Assembly (NCBI GenBank): GCA_028289375.1
Contig: JANQQK010000038.1
Span: 84,110 to 148,109, forward strand
Length of the DNA: 64,000 nt
Source: Phycisphaerae bacterium
GTDB lineage: Bacteria > Planctomycetota > Phycisphaerae > UBA1845
Direction: 5' to 3'
The position numbers were made by a program, and so were the translations under genes. This document shows, in pieces, positions 18,278 through 26,519 of this stretch. Under the pieces are notes generated by a model. That model saw nothing but the letters and a program-made list of their open reading frames with translations, made no database searches and was not told the origin of the DNA. Within the stretch, counting starts at the first letter, position 1. Each line of letters begins with the position of its first letter.

Positions 18278-18449
18278 AACGCGATCGTACTGTCGACAGA
18301 GTGCAACACAAGTCAAAGCGAAAAGGGCTGCATGTCGGAGCATGCTCAGCCGCTACGGGAATTGGCCCCACGCGTTCGACACGCTATCCTCCCCGAACCG
18401 GGACGGCGTCAGGGAATCGAAATCCACCCGACGTCTTCATCAGCACAAT

Positions 18450-20459
18450 ATGCGGAGATCAACCATGCGGCGTCGTTTCGCTCATCTTGCCGTCATACTC
18501 ACCACCCTCCTCGGCCTCACGCTCACCAGCTGCCAATCGCAGCGGCGGCTCGACCCTCATCGCCGCCCCAACACCTCGCGCGACGCACTCACCGTCTTCT
18601 CACCCATGGAGTTCCCACGGGCTGACCTTGTCCGCACGGCTGAAGGCCTGCCCGGTCCCGAATACTGGCAGCAGCGGGTCGACTTCGACATCGACGCCAC
18701 CCTCGACGCCGACAACCGACGCATCACCGCGACAGCCAAAATCCACTACACCAACAACGCCCCCGTCGCCCTCAACGACATGTGGTTCCAACTCGAACAG
18801 AACCTCTTCAAGGAAAACAGCGTCGGACTCACCGCCAACCGAGCCTCAGCCCGACGATTCGGCGGCTCGTTCACCAACGGCTGCGAAGTGGAACACGTCA
18901 AAACCAATGGCCGCAAACTCGACCTGCACGTCTACGACAGCATCGGCCACGTCGAACTGACCGAACCCATCCCCGCCAATGGCGGCACGCGGACGTTCGA
19001 GATCATGTGGGCGTTCGACATCCCCGCACGCGGCGGCAGACTCAGCATCGACGACGTCGACGCAGGCCCCATCTTTCAACTCGCCCAATGGATCCCCCAG
19101 CCCTGCGTCTACGACGACGTTCGCGGCTGGAACACGCTCCCTTATCTCGGCATGGGCGAGTTCTACACCAACTTCGGCACGTTCGACGTGAAGCTCACTG
19201 TCCCGCGCGACCACATCGTCTCCGGCGGCGGCGTGCTGCAGAATCCGGAAGATGTCCTCACCGATACCCAGCGCGAACGATTGGCCGTGGCGAACAGGTC
19301 GGAGGAAACCGTCCTGATCGTGAAACCGGACGAAGTCGGCGACGCCTCATCGCGTCCCCAAGGTGACGATCCGCTGACGTGGCACTTCATCGCCCACGAT
19401 GTCCGCACCTTCGCATGGGCAAGCTCGCCCGCCTTCATTTGGGACGCAGCCCACATCGCCGATCGCGGCACGGTCCCGTCCGAGGACGACGGCGACGTCC
19501 AACTTCCCTCCGGAACGCTCGTCCAATCCTTCTACCCCGCCGAAGCACGCGAACTGTGGCAGGACGCCACCGACATGATGAAATTCGCTATCGAAGGCTA
19601 CAACGACCGATGGGCCAAGTACCCCTACCCCGTCGCCAGCAACATCAATGGCCGAACCGGCGGCATGGAATACCCGATGATCGTATTCTGCCGGCAGCGA
19701 TACAAAGAAAAAGACCTCTACTTCGTCACCACGCACGAGATCGGTCACAACTGGTTCCCAATGATGGTGAACACCGACGAACGTCGCTACCCGTGGATGG
19801 ACGAAGGTTTCAACATGTTCATCAACGTCTATTCCTTCCGCGAGCGCTATCCAGAGTCGGATTGGATCGACAATCGCATGCGGCGCACGGTCGCGGGCCT
19901 GAAATCGCGAGGTCATCAGCCCTTGATGACCTACGCCGACCAGACCGCGCCCTATCTGCTCGGTGTCCTCCATTACAACAAATCAGGCATGGGGCTGTAC
20001 GCGCTGCGCGAGACGATTCTTGGTCATGAGCGCTTCGACCGCGCTTTTCGCGAATACATCGACGCGTGGTCGTTCAAATCACCGCAGCCGGTCGACTTCT
20101 TCCGCTGCATGGAGAACGCCGCGGGCGCCGACCTTGCATGGTTGTGGCGAGGCTGGTGGTACGAGACGGGTCTGCTCGATCAGGCAGTGGTACGCGTCAA
20201 GCAGGGGTGGGGGCGCGAGTCGCTGGAAGTCACGTTCGAACATCGCGATGAAGTGGTCATGCCGATTGTGTACAACGTTGTCTATGACGACGGCAGCGAG
20301 GAACGCCGACGTGTACCGGTCGAAGCATGGTACCGCAGCTACCGTCACACCGATCAATGGGAGGCAGAGGGTCGGCGCATCAAGAGCATTGAGATTGATC
20401 CCGACAACGCCCTGCTCGACGTCGACCGCCGCAACAACCGTTGGCCACGACTCTGGTAG
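18450..20459 (+). CDS. M1-family zinc metallopeptidase (aminopeptidase N-like), probable lipoprotein
   Basis: HEIGHNWF...WMDEGF (HExxH-x18-E) gluzincin signature. Lipoprotein-type signal LAVILTTLLGLTLTSC. Start is either 18450 or 18465. Confidence 0.85.
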   Translation: MRRSTMRRRFAHLAVILTTLLGLTLTSCQSQRRLDPHRRPNTSRDALTVFSPMEFPRADLVRTAEGLPGPEYWQQRVDFDIDATLDADNRRITATAKIHYTNNAPVALNDMWFQLEQNLFKENSVGLTANRASARRFGGSFTNGCEVEHVKTNGRKLDLHVYDSIGHVELTEPIPANGGTRTFEIMWAFDIPARGGRLSIDDVDAGPIFQLAQWIPQPCVYDDVRGWNTLPYLGMGEFYTNFGTFDVKLTVPRDHIVSGGGVLQNPEDVLTDTQRERLAVANRSEETVLIVKPDEVGDASSRPQGDDPLTWHFIAHDVRTFAWASSPAFIWDAAHIADRGTVPSEDDGDVQLPSGTLVQSFYPAEARELWQDATDMMKFAIEGYNDRWAKYPYPVASNINGRTGGMEYPMIVFCRQRYKEKDLYFVTTHEIGHNWFPMMVNTDERRYPWMDEGFNMFINVYSFRERYPESDWIDNRMRRTVAGLKSRGHQPLMTYADQTAPYLLGVLHYNKSGMGLYALRETILGHERFDRAFREYIDAWSFKSPQPVDFFRCMENAAGADLAWLWRGWWYETGLLDQAVVRVKQGWGRESLEVTFEHRDEVVMPIVYNVVYDDGSEERRRVPVEAWYRSYRHTDQWEAEGRRIKSIEIDPDNALLDVDRRNNRWPRLW

Positions 20460-23006
20460 TTATTCGCAGTGGCCGTTGGGAAGCTGGTCAGGCCCGGCAA
20501 AGCAGAGCTGTAACCGACCGAAGTCTTTCAGATCAACATCAAAGTCGTTGTCATAGTCAGCCCGCGCGCAAAACACGTTCGGATCCACACCGGCACCACC
20601 GACACATTCGCGCCACAACGCGTAATCATCGAGATCGACGTCGCAGTCATAGTCCAAATCAGCCGGGGCGATCTCCCCGCACGGCGGCGACGCCTGATAC
20701 GTCACGGACAAGCCGCCAATCTCATCATCCAGTTCAAAGGCGCCCGGACCACGAATCGTCTCGAACATGCCATTCATCTCGGTGGCAGTCATCAACAGAT
20801 ACGACTGGCCTGGCTGTGGGATGAATCCGTCAGTTGGAATGACGATCAGTTCGCCCCCGACTGTGGCTGCCCCGTCGATGGCGAGCACATCGTGCAGGTT
20901 CGGCGTGGTACCGCCAATCTCGAAAATCAGCAAGCCGTCTGCATCCTGCTGATAGTCCCCGGTGATGGTCATGATTCCGGTCGTGTCGTCGTTCTCCCCG
21001 ACGATCGGCGAGTTCGCCGGATTGCCTGGCGTCACAATGCCCCGCGCGTTGTGCACCAATGGTGTGTCGACGATGCCACCGCCGCCACGCAACACACCAT
21101 CCGTCAGCACGACCGAATCGTTGGCTTGCAGAATGCCATTGTCAAACACGGTCGCATAGGCGTTGACGTCGAGGCGGTTGCAGATGAATCGCGACGGCGG
21201 TCCGCCATTGAAAAGAATGGCTTCCCCGTCGCCGAGTTCCACAGGATCATTCCCTTCGAACGGGGTCAACTCCGACGGATCGGCTTCAATGGCAACGTTG
21301 CCACCGTTGTCGTTGTTTGTCGCATCGATGGTGGCCCCTCCGGTCACGCCGAACACACCCTTGACCTCTTCGATCATACTGAGCCCTCGGATCATGGCGT
21401 TCTCGCCTTCAACGAACACCCTGGCGCCTTCGGTCGACTTGATGCCAATGGTGCCGGCATTGCCGATGGAAATAATGCCAAAGTCAAACGCCGACCATGA
21501 GCCACGAAACAGCCTTCGCTCTGCGGGATCGAAAACGAGATCGGCCCCCAGAATCCGAATCTCCCCGTCATCGGCGGCAACTTTACCCTGTCTCAGTCCG
21601 AGGATGGCCGACGTGGTTTGCGACGAAGGTGTGGTGGGCTTGTACGTCAGGTCCACAACGGAGAGTCCGCCGCCGGTCTTTGTGAGCGTGCCCTCGTTTT
21701 CGAAGATGGCGGTCGTGATATCCCCGATGAGGTTGCAACTACCGCTCATGATCCAATCCCCTTCGTCGCCGTTGAAGATGAAGGGTTTTCCACCAAAGAC
21801 CACACTTCCGACGCGGATTGTGTGAAACTGCCTGAAAACAGCACCGGTGTTGATGCAAAAGCGAGTCAGTATGCGACTGCCGAATCCCGGCACTGTTCGT
21901 GTGTCGGCGCCACGATTTTGGAACATGCGCAACGCACCGCTCTTCCAGTGAAACGTATCGAAATTGGCACTGTCGCGAATCATACCAGTGCCGTCGTACA
22001 CGAGCGGTGAACTCTGCGTTCCAAACATTCGGAGACGGTCGATCTGCGAATTCCCCGAGATGCTCACATCGCCCTGCCCTTCGCTCTTCAGCTCGAAGAT
22101 CGCGCCGGGCTGTGTGACGGCGTCGACGAACTCAACGGACGTATCCTCCGCAGCGGTGGCCGTGATGACAGGCTCACCACCCGCGCGCGGTCGAAGCCCG
22201 CAACTGAATTGGACGCTTCCCGTTCCCGATGTCATCACGGATGTCTGCGCGTCGAGTTCCAACTCCTCACCGGTCGTGCCGATGACGTCGGCAAACAAGA
22301 GGACACCTGCCTGCGACGAAAGTGTGGTCGAACCCATGAATTCCACGTTGGCGCGAACGATCGACTGGCTCGTTGGCGTCGCAGCCGCAACCTTGGTGAT
22401 CGTGCCGCCGGTCGGGAACTTGACCTTTGGTACAAAACCGTTTGCGCTGGTGAGCTGGCCGTCTCCGAGGAATTGCAGCGTTGAGAAGATGTTGAGTTCG
22501 GCGCTGCCGCGAAGTTGAACGAGTGGATTGGCAGCAGCGCCCCCGCCGATGTTCAGCACGTCCGTCTCGACCGTCCAATCCTCGATGATCAAACCAGACG
22601 TGACCTGAATTGGACTGAATGCCTTGAGAACCCCACCACCGCCGATGAAGGCCGACGTCGGCACCGGGCAACTGACGACGCCAAGCACGCGAAGTTCCGC
22701 CCCACCGGAAACGGCACCCCCCGTCGCGAACGTCAGATCGTCAATCTCAATGTCCTCACTGAGAATGACAATCTGAGGGACAGTGACATTGAACGTCATG
22801 CCCTCCAAGTTGTTGGGCACCGCGTCCAAGCCCGGCTGATCATGCTCCCAGTTGCCGGCGTTGGACCAATTCTGGTCACCGCCGTTGCCTGTGAACATGC
22901 TATTGACGACCTGCGCGTGCAGCGCAGGACTTGCCAAGGCGATCACGACGATCACACGAAAGAACGAATTGAAATGCTCCACACCAATCCCTACCCCACT
23001 AGTCAA
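20460..23006 (-). CDS. Large secreted repetitive (beta-helix-like) protein with a dockerin-like C-terminal module
   Basis: Signal peptide FFRVIVVIALASPALHAQ. Gly/Thr/Asn-rich repeats. C-terminus has DLDYDCDVDLDDY and DYDNDFDVDLKDF loops. Confidence 0.8.
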   Translation of the reverse strand: MTSGVGIGVEHFNSFFRVIVVIALASPALHAQVVNSMFTGNGGDQNWSNAGNWEHDQPGLDAVPNNLEGMTFNVTVPQIVILSEDIEIDDLTFATGGAVSGGAELRVLGVVSCPVPTSAFIGGGGVLKAFSPIQVTSGLIIEDWTVETDVLNIGGGAAANPLVQLRGSAELNIFSTLQFLGDGQLTSANGFVPKVKFPTGGTITKVAAATPTSQSIVRANVEFMGSTTLSSQAGVLLFADVIGTTGEELELDAQTSVMTSGTGSVQFSCGLRPRAGGEPVITATAAEDTSVEFVDAVTQPGAIFELKSEGQGDVSISGNSQIDRLRMFGTQSSPLVYDGTGMIRDSANFDTFHWKSGALRMFQNRGADTRTVPGFGSRILTRFCINTGAVFRQFHTIRVGSVVFGGKPFIFNGDEGDWIMSGSCNLIGDITTAIFENEGTLTKTGGGLSVVDLTYKPTTPSSQTTSAILGLRQGKVAADDGEIRILGADLVFDPAERRLFRGSWSAFDFGIISIGNAGTIGIKSTEGARVFVEGENAMIRGLSMIEEVKGVFGVTGGATIDATNNDNGGNVAIEADPSELTPFEGNDPVELGDGEAILFNGGPPSRFICNRLDVNAYATVFDNGILQANDSVVLTDGVLRGGGGIVDTPLVHNARGIVTPGNPANSPIVGENDDTTGIMTITGDYQQDADGLLIFEIGGTTPNLHDVLAIDGAATVGGELIVIPTDGFIPQPGQSYLLMTATEMNGMFETIRGPGAFELDDEIGGLSVTYQASPPCGEIAPADLDYDCDVDLDDYALWRECVGGAGVDPNVFCARADYDNDFDVDLKDFGRLQLCFAGPDQLPNGHCE

Positions 23007-23123
23007 GCCCGCCTCAAACCGTTTCCCAGTATAGCGACTTAAGGTCAGGAATGGTGCCAGGTTTTGTCACAGCCGCCTGACGGCGCAAGTCCTCCGGGCC
23101 GGGCCGCCCCGGACAGGGTCCGC

Positions 23124-23170
23124 AAAAATGCGACGGCGTTGGTAAGAGCATGCCGCCCGTACCAACGCCG
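23124..23170 (-). terminator. Rho-independent terminator downstream of icd
   Basis: On the minus strand: cGGCGTTGGTA-loop-TACCAACGCCg (11-bp stem), followed by gtcgcATTTTT. Confidence 0.6.
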
Positions 23171-23232
23171 CCACGGTTCAGGAAAAACGGGTCCATCAGC
23201 CGATCGGGACCACACTTGCGATCGGCGGATGG

Positions 23233-24675
23233 TTACTCACCCTGGCCAAGTGAGTAGCCCGGTTCACCGTCAAAAGTGCACAGATTTTCGGTCTTGATGA
23301 AGTCGAGATCCGCTTCGGCCACGCGGTTGAGCAACGCAGCGATCTGACGGTGATCGACGGTGCCGCCTGTGGCTTTGAACCGACAACGCCAGTGATCCGT
23401 GCAGAACGTCTCCGGGAATCCGTCCGGCCAGACCTTCACACCGCGGTTGGTGATCATCTTGATGGCCAATCCATCACCACCGAGGCGATCGAGCATGGCT
23501 CCGAGGTCGCCGGCGTGGATGTTTGGCCTGTGGATGAAAACGTCGACGCCCACGACCTGCTTGGTCGCCGGCTTGGTCGGTTTGATCTCGATACGCTGCG
23601 GGGCTTCTCCATCCTTGCGATACTCGACGGCCTGGAGTTGCTTCGGGCGCCGGCCAATTCGTTCGATGACCGCGTCTGCGAATTCACGTGTGCCGACCTT
23701 CTGCTTGCTGTGGGTCTCGGTGTAGATATCGTAGGTGTGCACGCCATCCTCAATCGTCGACAACCAAGCGTTCTGCACCGACTCGGCGATCTCCGGCTGG
23801 CCGATGTGCACAAGCATCATCACCGCACCGTTGAGCAAGCCGGACGGGTTGGCCAGATTCTGACCAGCGCGACGCGGGGCCGATCCGTGAATGGCTTCGA
23901 ACATCGCGATCTGATCGCCGATGTTGGCCGAGCCGGCCATGCCCACCGAGCCGGTCATCTGGGCGGTGACATCGGAGAGGATGTCGCCGTAGAGATTCGG
24001 CATGACGACCACGTCGAAGTTTTCCGGCGACGTCGCCAGCTTGGCCGCACCAATGTCGACGATCCAGTGTTCGTTTTCGAGCGACGGATACTCCTTGGCG
24101 ACCTCGTCGAACACCTTGTGGAACATGCCGTCGGTGAGCTTCATGATGTTGTCTTTCGTGAAGCAGGTCACCTTCTTGCGGTTGTTTGCCAGGGCGTACT
24201 CGAAGGCGTAACGGCAGATGCGCTCGCAACCCGGACGCGAGATCAGCTTGAGACACTGTACGACTTCGTCAGTCTGCTGGTGCTCGATGCCGGCGTAGGT
24301 GTCTTCCTCGTTCTCGCGGATGATGACGAGGTTCATGTCCGGATGCTTCGTGTGCAGGAACGGGTGCAGCGAGACGCATGGCCGCACGTTGGCGAACATA
24401 CCGAGTGACTTGCGGACCGTTACATTGAGGCTCTTGTACCCACCACCTTGCGGGGTCGTGATCGGTGCCTTCAGGAAGATGCGATTGCTGCGCAATGTAT
24501 CCCATGCCTCAGGCGAAATACCGGAGGTGTGTCCCTGCTTGTAGACGTTTTCGCCGATTTCGATTTTCTCGATGTCGAGGCGAGCGCCGGCGGCTTCAAG
24601 AATCCGCAGGGTCGCCTGCATAATTTCCGGGCCGATGCCATCTCCTTCGGCGACGGTGATCTTTCGTGGTGTCAT
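23233..24675 (-). CDS. icd: Isocitrate dehydrogenase (isocitrate/isopropylmalate dehydrogenase family) with a C-terminal extension of about 140 aa
   Basis: Motifs GDGIGPEI, SLNVTVRKSLGMFANVRPC, NLYGDILSD and GSAPRRAGQNLANP. AAGGAGA lies 9 nt upstream of the ATG. Confidence 0.85.
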   Translation of the reverse strand: MTPRKITVAEGDGIGPEIMQATLRILEAAGARLDIEKIEIGENVYKQGHTSGISPEAWDTLRSNRIFLKAPITTPQGGGYKSLNVTVRKSLGMFANVRPCVSLHPFLHTKHPDMNLVIIRENEEDTYAGIEHQQTDEVVQCLKLISRPGCERICRYAFEYALANNRKKVTCFTKDNIMKLTDGMFHKVFDEVAKEYPSLENEHWIVDIGAAKLATSPENFDVVVMPNLYGDILSDVTAQMTGSVGMAGSANIGDQIAMFEAIHGSAPRRAGQNLANPSGLLNGAVMMLVHIGQPEIAESVQNAWLSTIEDGVHTYDIYTETHSKQKVGTREFADAVIERIGRRPKQLQAVEYRKDGEAPQRIEIKPTKPATKQVVGVDVFIHRPNIHAGDLGAMLDRLGGDGLAIKMITNRGVKVWPDGFPETFCTDHWRCRFKATGGTVDHRQIAALLNRVAEADLDFIKTENLCTFDGEPGYSLGQGE

Positions 24676-24886
24676 GTTTGCTGTTCTCCTTCATGCCCCT
24701 CTCGATGGGCGAATCGTCTGTCTTTGTTTCTTACCATCTTGGTTTGTTTGGATGGATGAGCCGATCAGTTCACGCCCACCCTATTCATCATTGTCATTGT
24801 TCAACTCGCCACTGTCGCAGTAATGGCGAATCCCAGCACAACCATGTCGCCACGCCCAACAGAAGCAGCGATGGTCGCATTCGTGA

Positions 24887-25471
24887 TTACTTCAGGTTCT
24901 CCCTGGCGATCGTTTGTGGAATGAACCTCGCGAAGTCGCCCTGACCCGCCGCAGTCGACGGATCGGCGTAGCCAATCGCACTCTCGGGATCCTCCAGCGC
25001 CGTTCGCCAGCGCGCTCCCTGATTCAGAAGACGCCTGAGGTGCGAGTCGTCGACCCCATCAGCCAACAACAGCGTCAAGTGCTCAAAGCGATTGAGCAGT
25101 TGCATCGAGCCGACGATGGCATGACGGATGTCCGGTTCGATCATGACGGTGTCTCCGGACGCCGTCGCGGAAGAGCCGTGCCCATTGGTTCCGACAACGG
25201 GGATATCGCCCGCCGCGAATGTCACGATGATCCGTTTGGCATTGATGCCTTTACAGAGGTCGATCACCTCGGCGGTCTCGCTCGCGGCGGACAGAACGAT
25301 GACAAGGGTCCGAAGATTGGCCGTGTTGTCGTTCAGTGCGCGGCAGTGCGATGACAGCTCGGATGCATCGGCAAAACGTGCCCATTGCACGTCGATCGGC
25401 TCATCGATCGACCAGGTGCGAAAAGTGCCATTTGTGCGTGGGGTGTTTCTGGTTTTTTGTAGTGTCAGCAT
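24887..25471 (-). CDS. Hypothetical protein (194 aa)
   Basis: Strong SD (AAGGAGG) 7 nt upstream of the ATG at 25471. Alpha/beta-like composition (LRTLVIVLSAASETAEVIDLCKGINAKRIIVTF). No family recognised. Confidence 0.6.
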   Translation of the reverse strand: MLTLQKTRNTPRTNGTFRTWSIDEPIDVQWARFADASELSSHCRALNDNTANLRTLVIVLSAASETAEVIDLCKGINAKRIIVTFAAGDIPVVGTNGHGSSATASGDTVMIEPDIRHAIVGSMQLLNRFEHLTLLLADGVDDSHLRRLLNQGARWRTALEDPESAIGYADPSTAAGQGDFARFIPQTIARENLK

Positions 25472-25530
25472 TCGTGTTTCCTCCTTGAATTTGCTTCGTG
25501 CCGCGTCGGTCTCGATCGGCACTGCGTCAC

Positions 25531-25728
25531 TCAGGCCAAATAGGTATCCCGCGGGTCGATGTGCGTTTCACGCGGATCGATCCTGCTACTCGTGGTTCCG
25601 GGTTGGTGATTTCGGGACTGCCCCGCAGATCGGCTACGCGTGTCCGTCAGTTGGCCTTGAGCGCTGCTTGCGTCGAGTACCGGCCTTGGTCGCAACCAGG
25701 CTGCGAATCGGGAAATGATGCTCTTCAT
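25531..25728 (-). CDS. Possible small ORF (65 aa), uncertain
   Basis: ATG with GGAG 7 nt upstream. Ends in the repeated peptide IDPRETHIDPRDTY, which is encoded by a DNA direct repeat. Low-complexity Ser/Arg-rich middle, so it may be non-coding. Confidence 0.25.
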   Translation of the reverse strand: MKSIISRFAAWLRPRPVLDASSAQGQLTDTRSRSAGQSRNHQPGTTSSRIDPRETHIDPRDTYLA

Positions 25729-25755
25729 CGTGCTACTCCAAACTCAATGTGGACA

Positions 25756-25797
25756 CAAAAAAAGGCCGGCAGACCACGTTTCCGTGATCAACCGGCC
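25756..25797 (-). terminator. Rho-independent terminator (after the DUF2294-like gene)
   Basis: On the minus strand: AGGCCGG...(inner CACG/CGTG stem)...CCGGCCT, followed by TTTTTTT (7 T). It lies about 140 nt after the stop at 25939. Confidence 0.75.
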
Positions 25798-25938
25798 TAT
25801 CCGGGGACACTCACAAGAGCGCCCGCGGCATGAACTCGGGTTATGGGACGAGAGGACGGGCCACCCGGTCTGGGCCTCCACGTCTACCCGTATGTGTAGG
25901 GACCATAGAAGGCTGGTTGGCTGGCGTCAAGAATCTCG

Positions 25939-26310
25939 TCAGGAAAATTCCGGGGTGCGTTCCAGCGTGAAGACGATGATTCGCTCCCCGGTCTTCGTGC
26001 TGATATCGGTGTGCAGACTGATGCACGGCACGCCGAACACGTCCAGAATAATCGCATCCAGGAGCGGTCGACCTCGCTCAATCAACTCCTGACGGGTCTG
26101 TTTGACGAGATATCGGCCTCGCTGCGGATCCTTGGATTCGGCCAACTTCAATTCCGCTGGGGTCAGCACTTTTTTGAGGCGTACGAGGACCAGATCCCCC
26201 ATCAGGAACGTACGGGTCTCGACGGGACCTCGGCCCATGAATTCCTTTTCAAAGCGAATGATGGCTTCACTGATGGCGGTTTCGAGTTCGGTCTTGGATT
26301 TCATTTGCAT
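25939..26310 (-). CDS. DUF2294-family protein
   Basis: ISEAIIRFEKEFMGRGPVETRTFLMGDLVLVRLKKVLTPAE...ISLHTDISTKTGERIIVFTL matches my recollection of the DUF2294 consensus. Start taken at MQMKSKTELE. Confidence 0.75.
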   Translation of the reverse strand: MQMKSKTELETAISEAIIRFEKEFMGRGPVETRTFLMGDLVLVRLKKVLTPAELKLAESKDPQRGRYLVKQTRQELIERGRPLLDAIILDVFGVPCISLHTDISTKTGERIIVFTLERTPEFS

Positions 26311-26519
26311 CTGTCCGGGCGAACCATGCCCAGCGTCGGTGCTCTTCGCCAGCCCTGAGCGTCGCATTGTGACGTTGCCGTCGCATGGCGGCAAGTACCA
26401 CCGTTTTCGGACGCTGCCTCGCGACCGACCGCCGATTCACTTTGGCCTGTCGCCCGTTTGTATGCGACGTTGGTCCGTGGGGATTCTGGTTACCGTTCAA
26501 GACGGGGTGGAGCGTGGGC

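Noticed and set aside
17444-18625. 393-aa plus-strand ORF, plus several other 60-140-aa ORFs, overlapping the 17135-18277 gene
   Set aside because: The product is extremely Arg/Pro/His/Gln-rich (RRHQPAKRRPPTLD...), with no start context. It is an antisense shadow frame.
23350-24408. 352-aa plus-strand ORF opposite icd
   Set aside because: It is an antisense shadow of a gene with unambiguous IDH motifs.
25801-25938. A structured-looking 3' segment after the DUF2294-like gene, considered as a possible SRP, 6S or other known ncRNA
   Set aside because: I could not find any conserved motif of known RNA families, such as the SRP GGAA/AGCA domain-IV signature. It is kept only as part of the finding on the long non-coding stretch.
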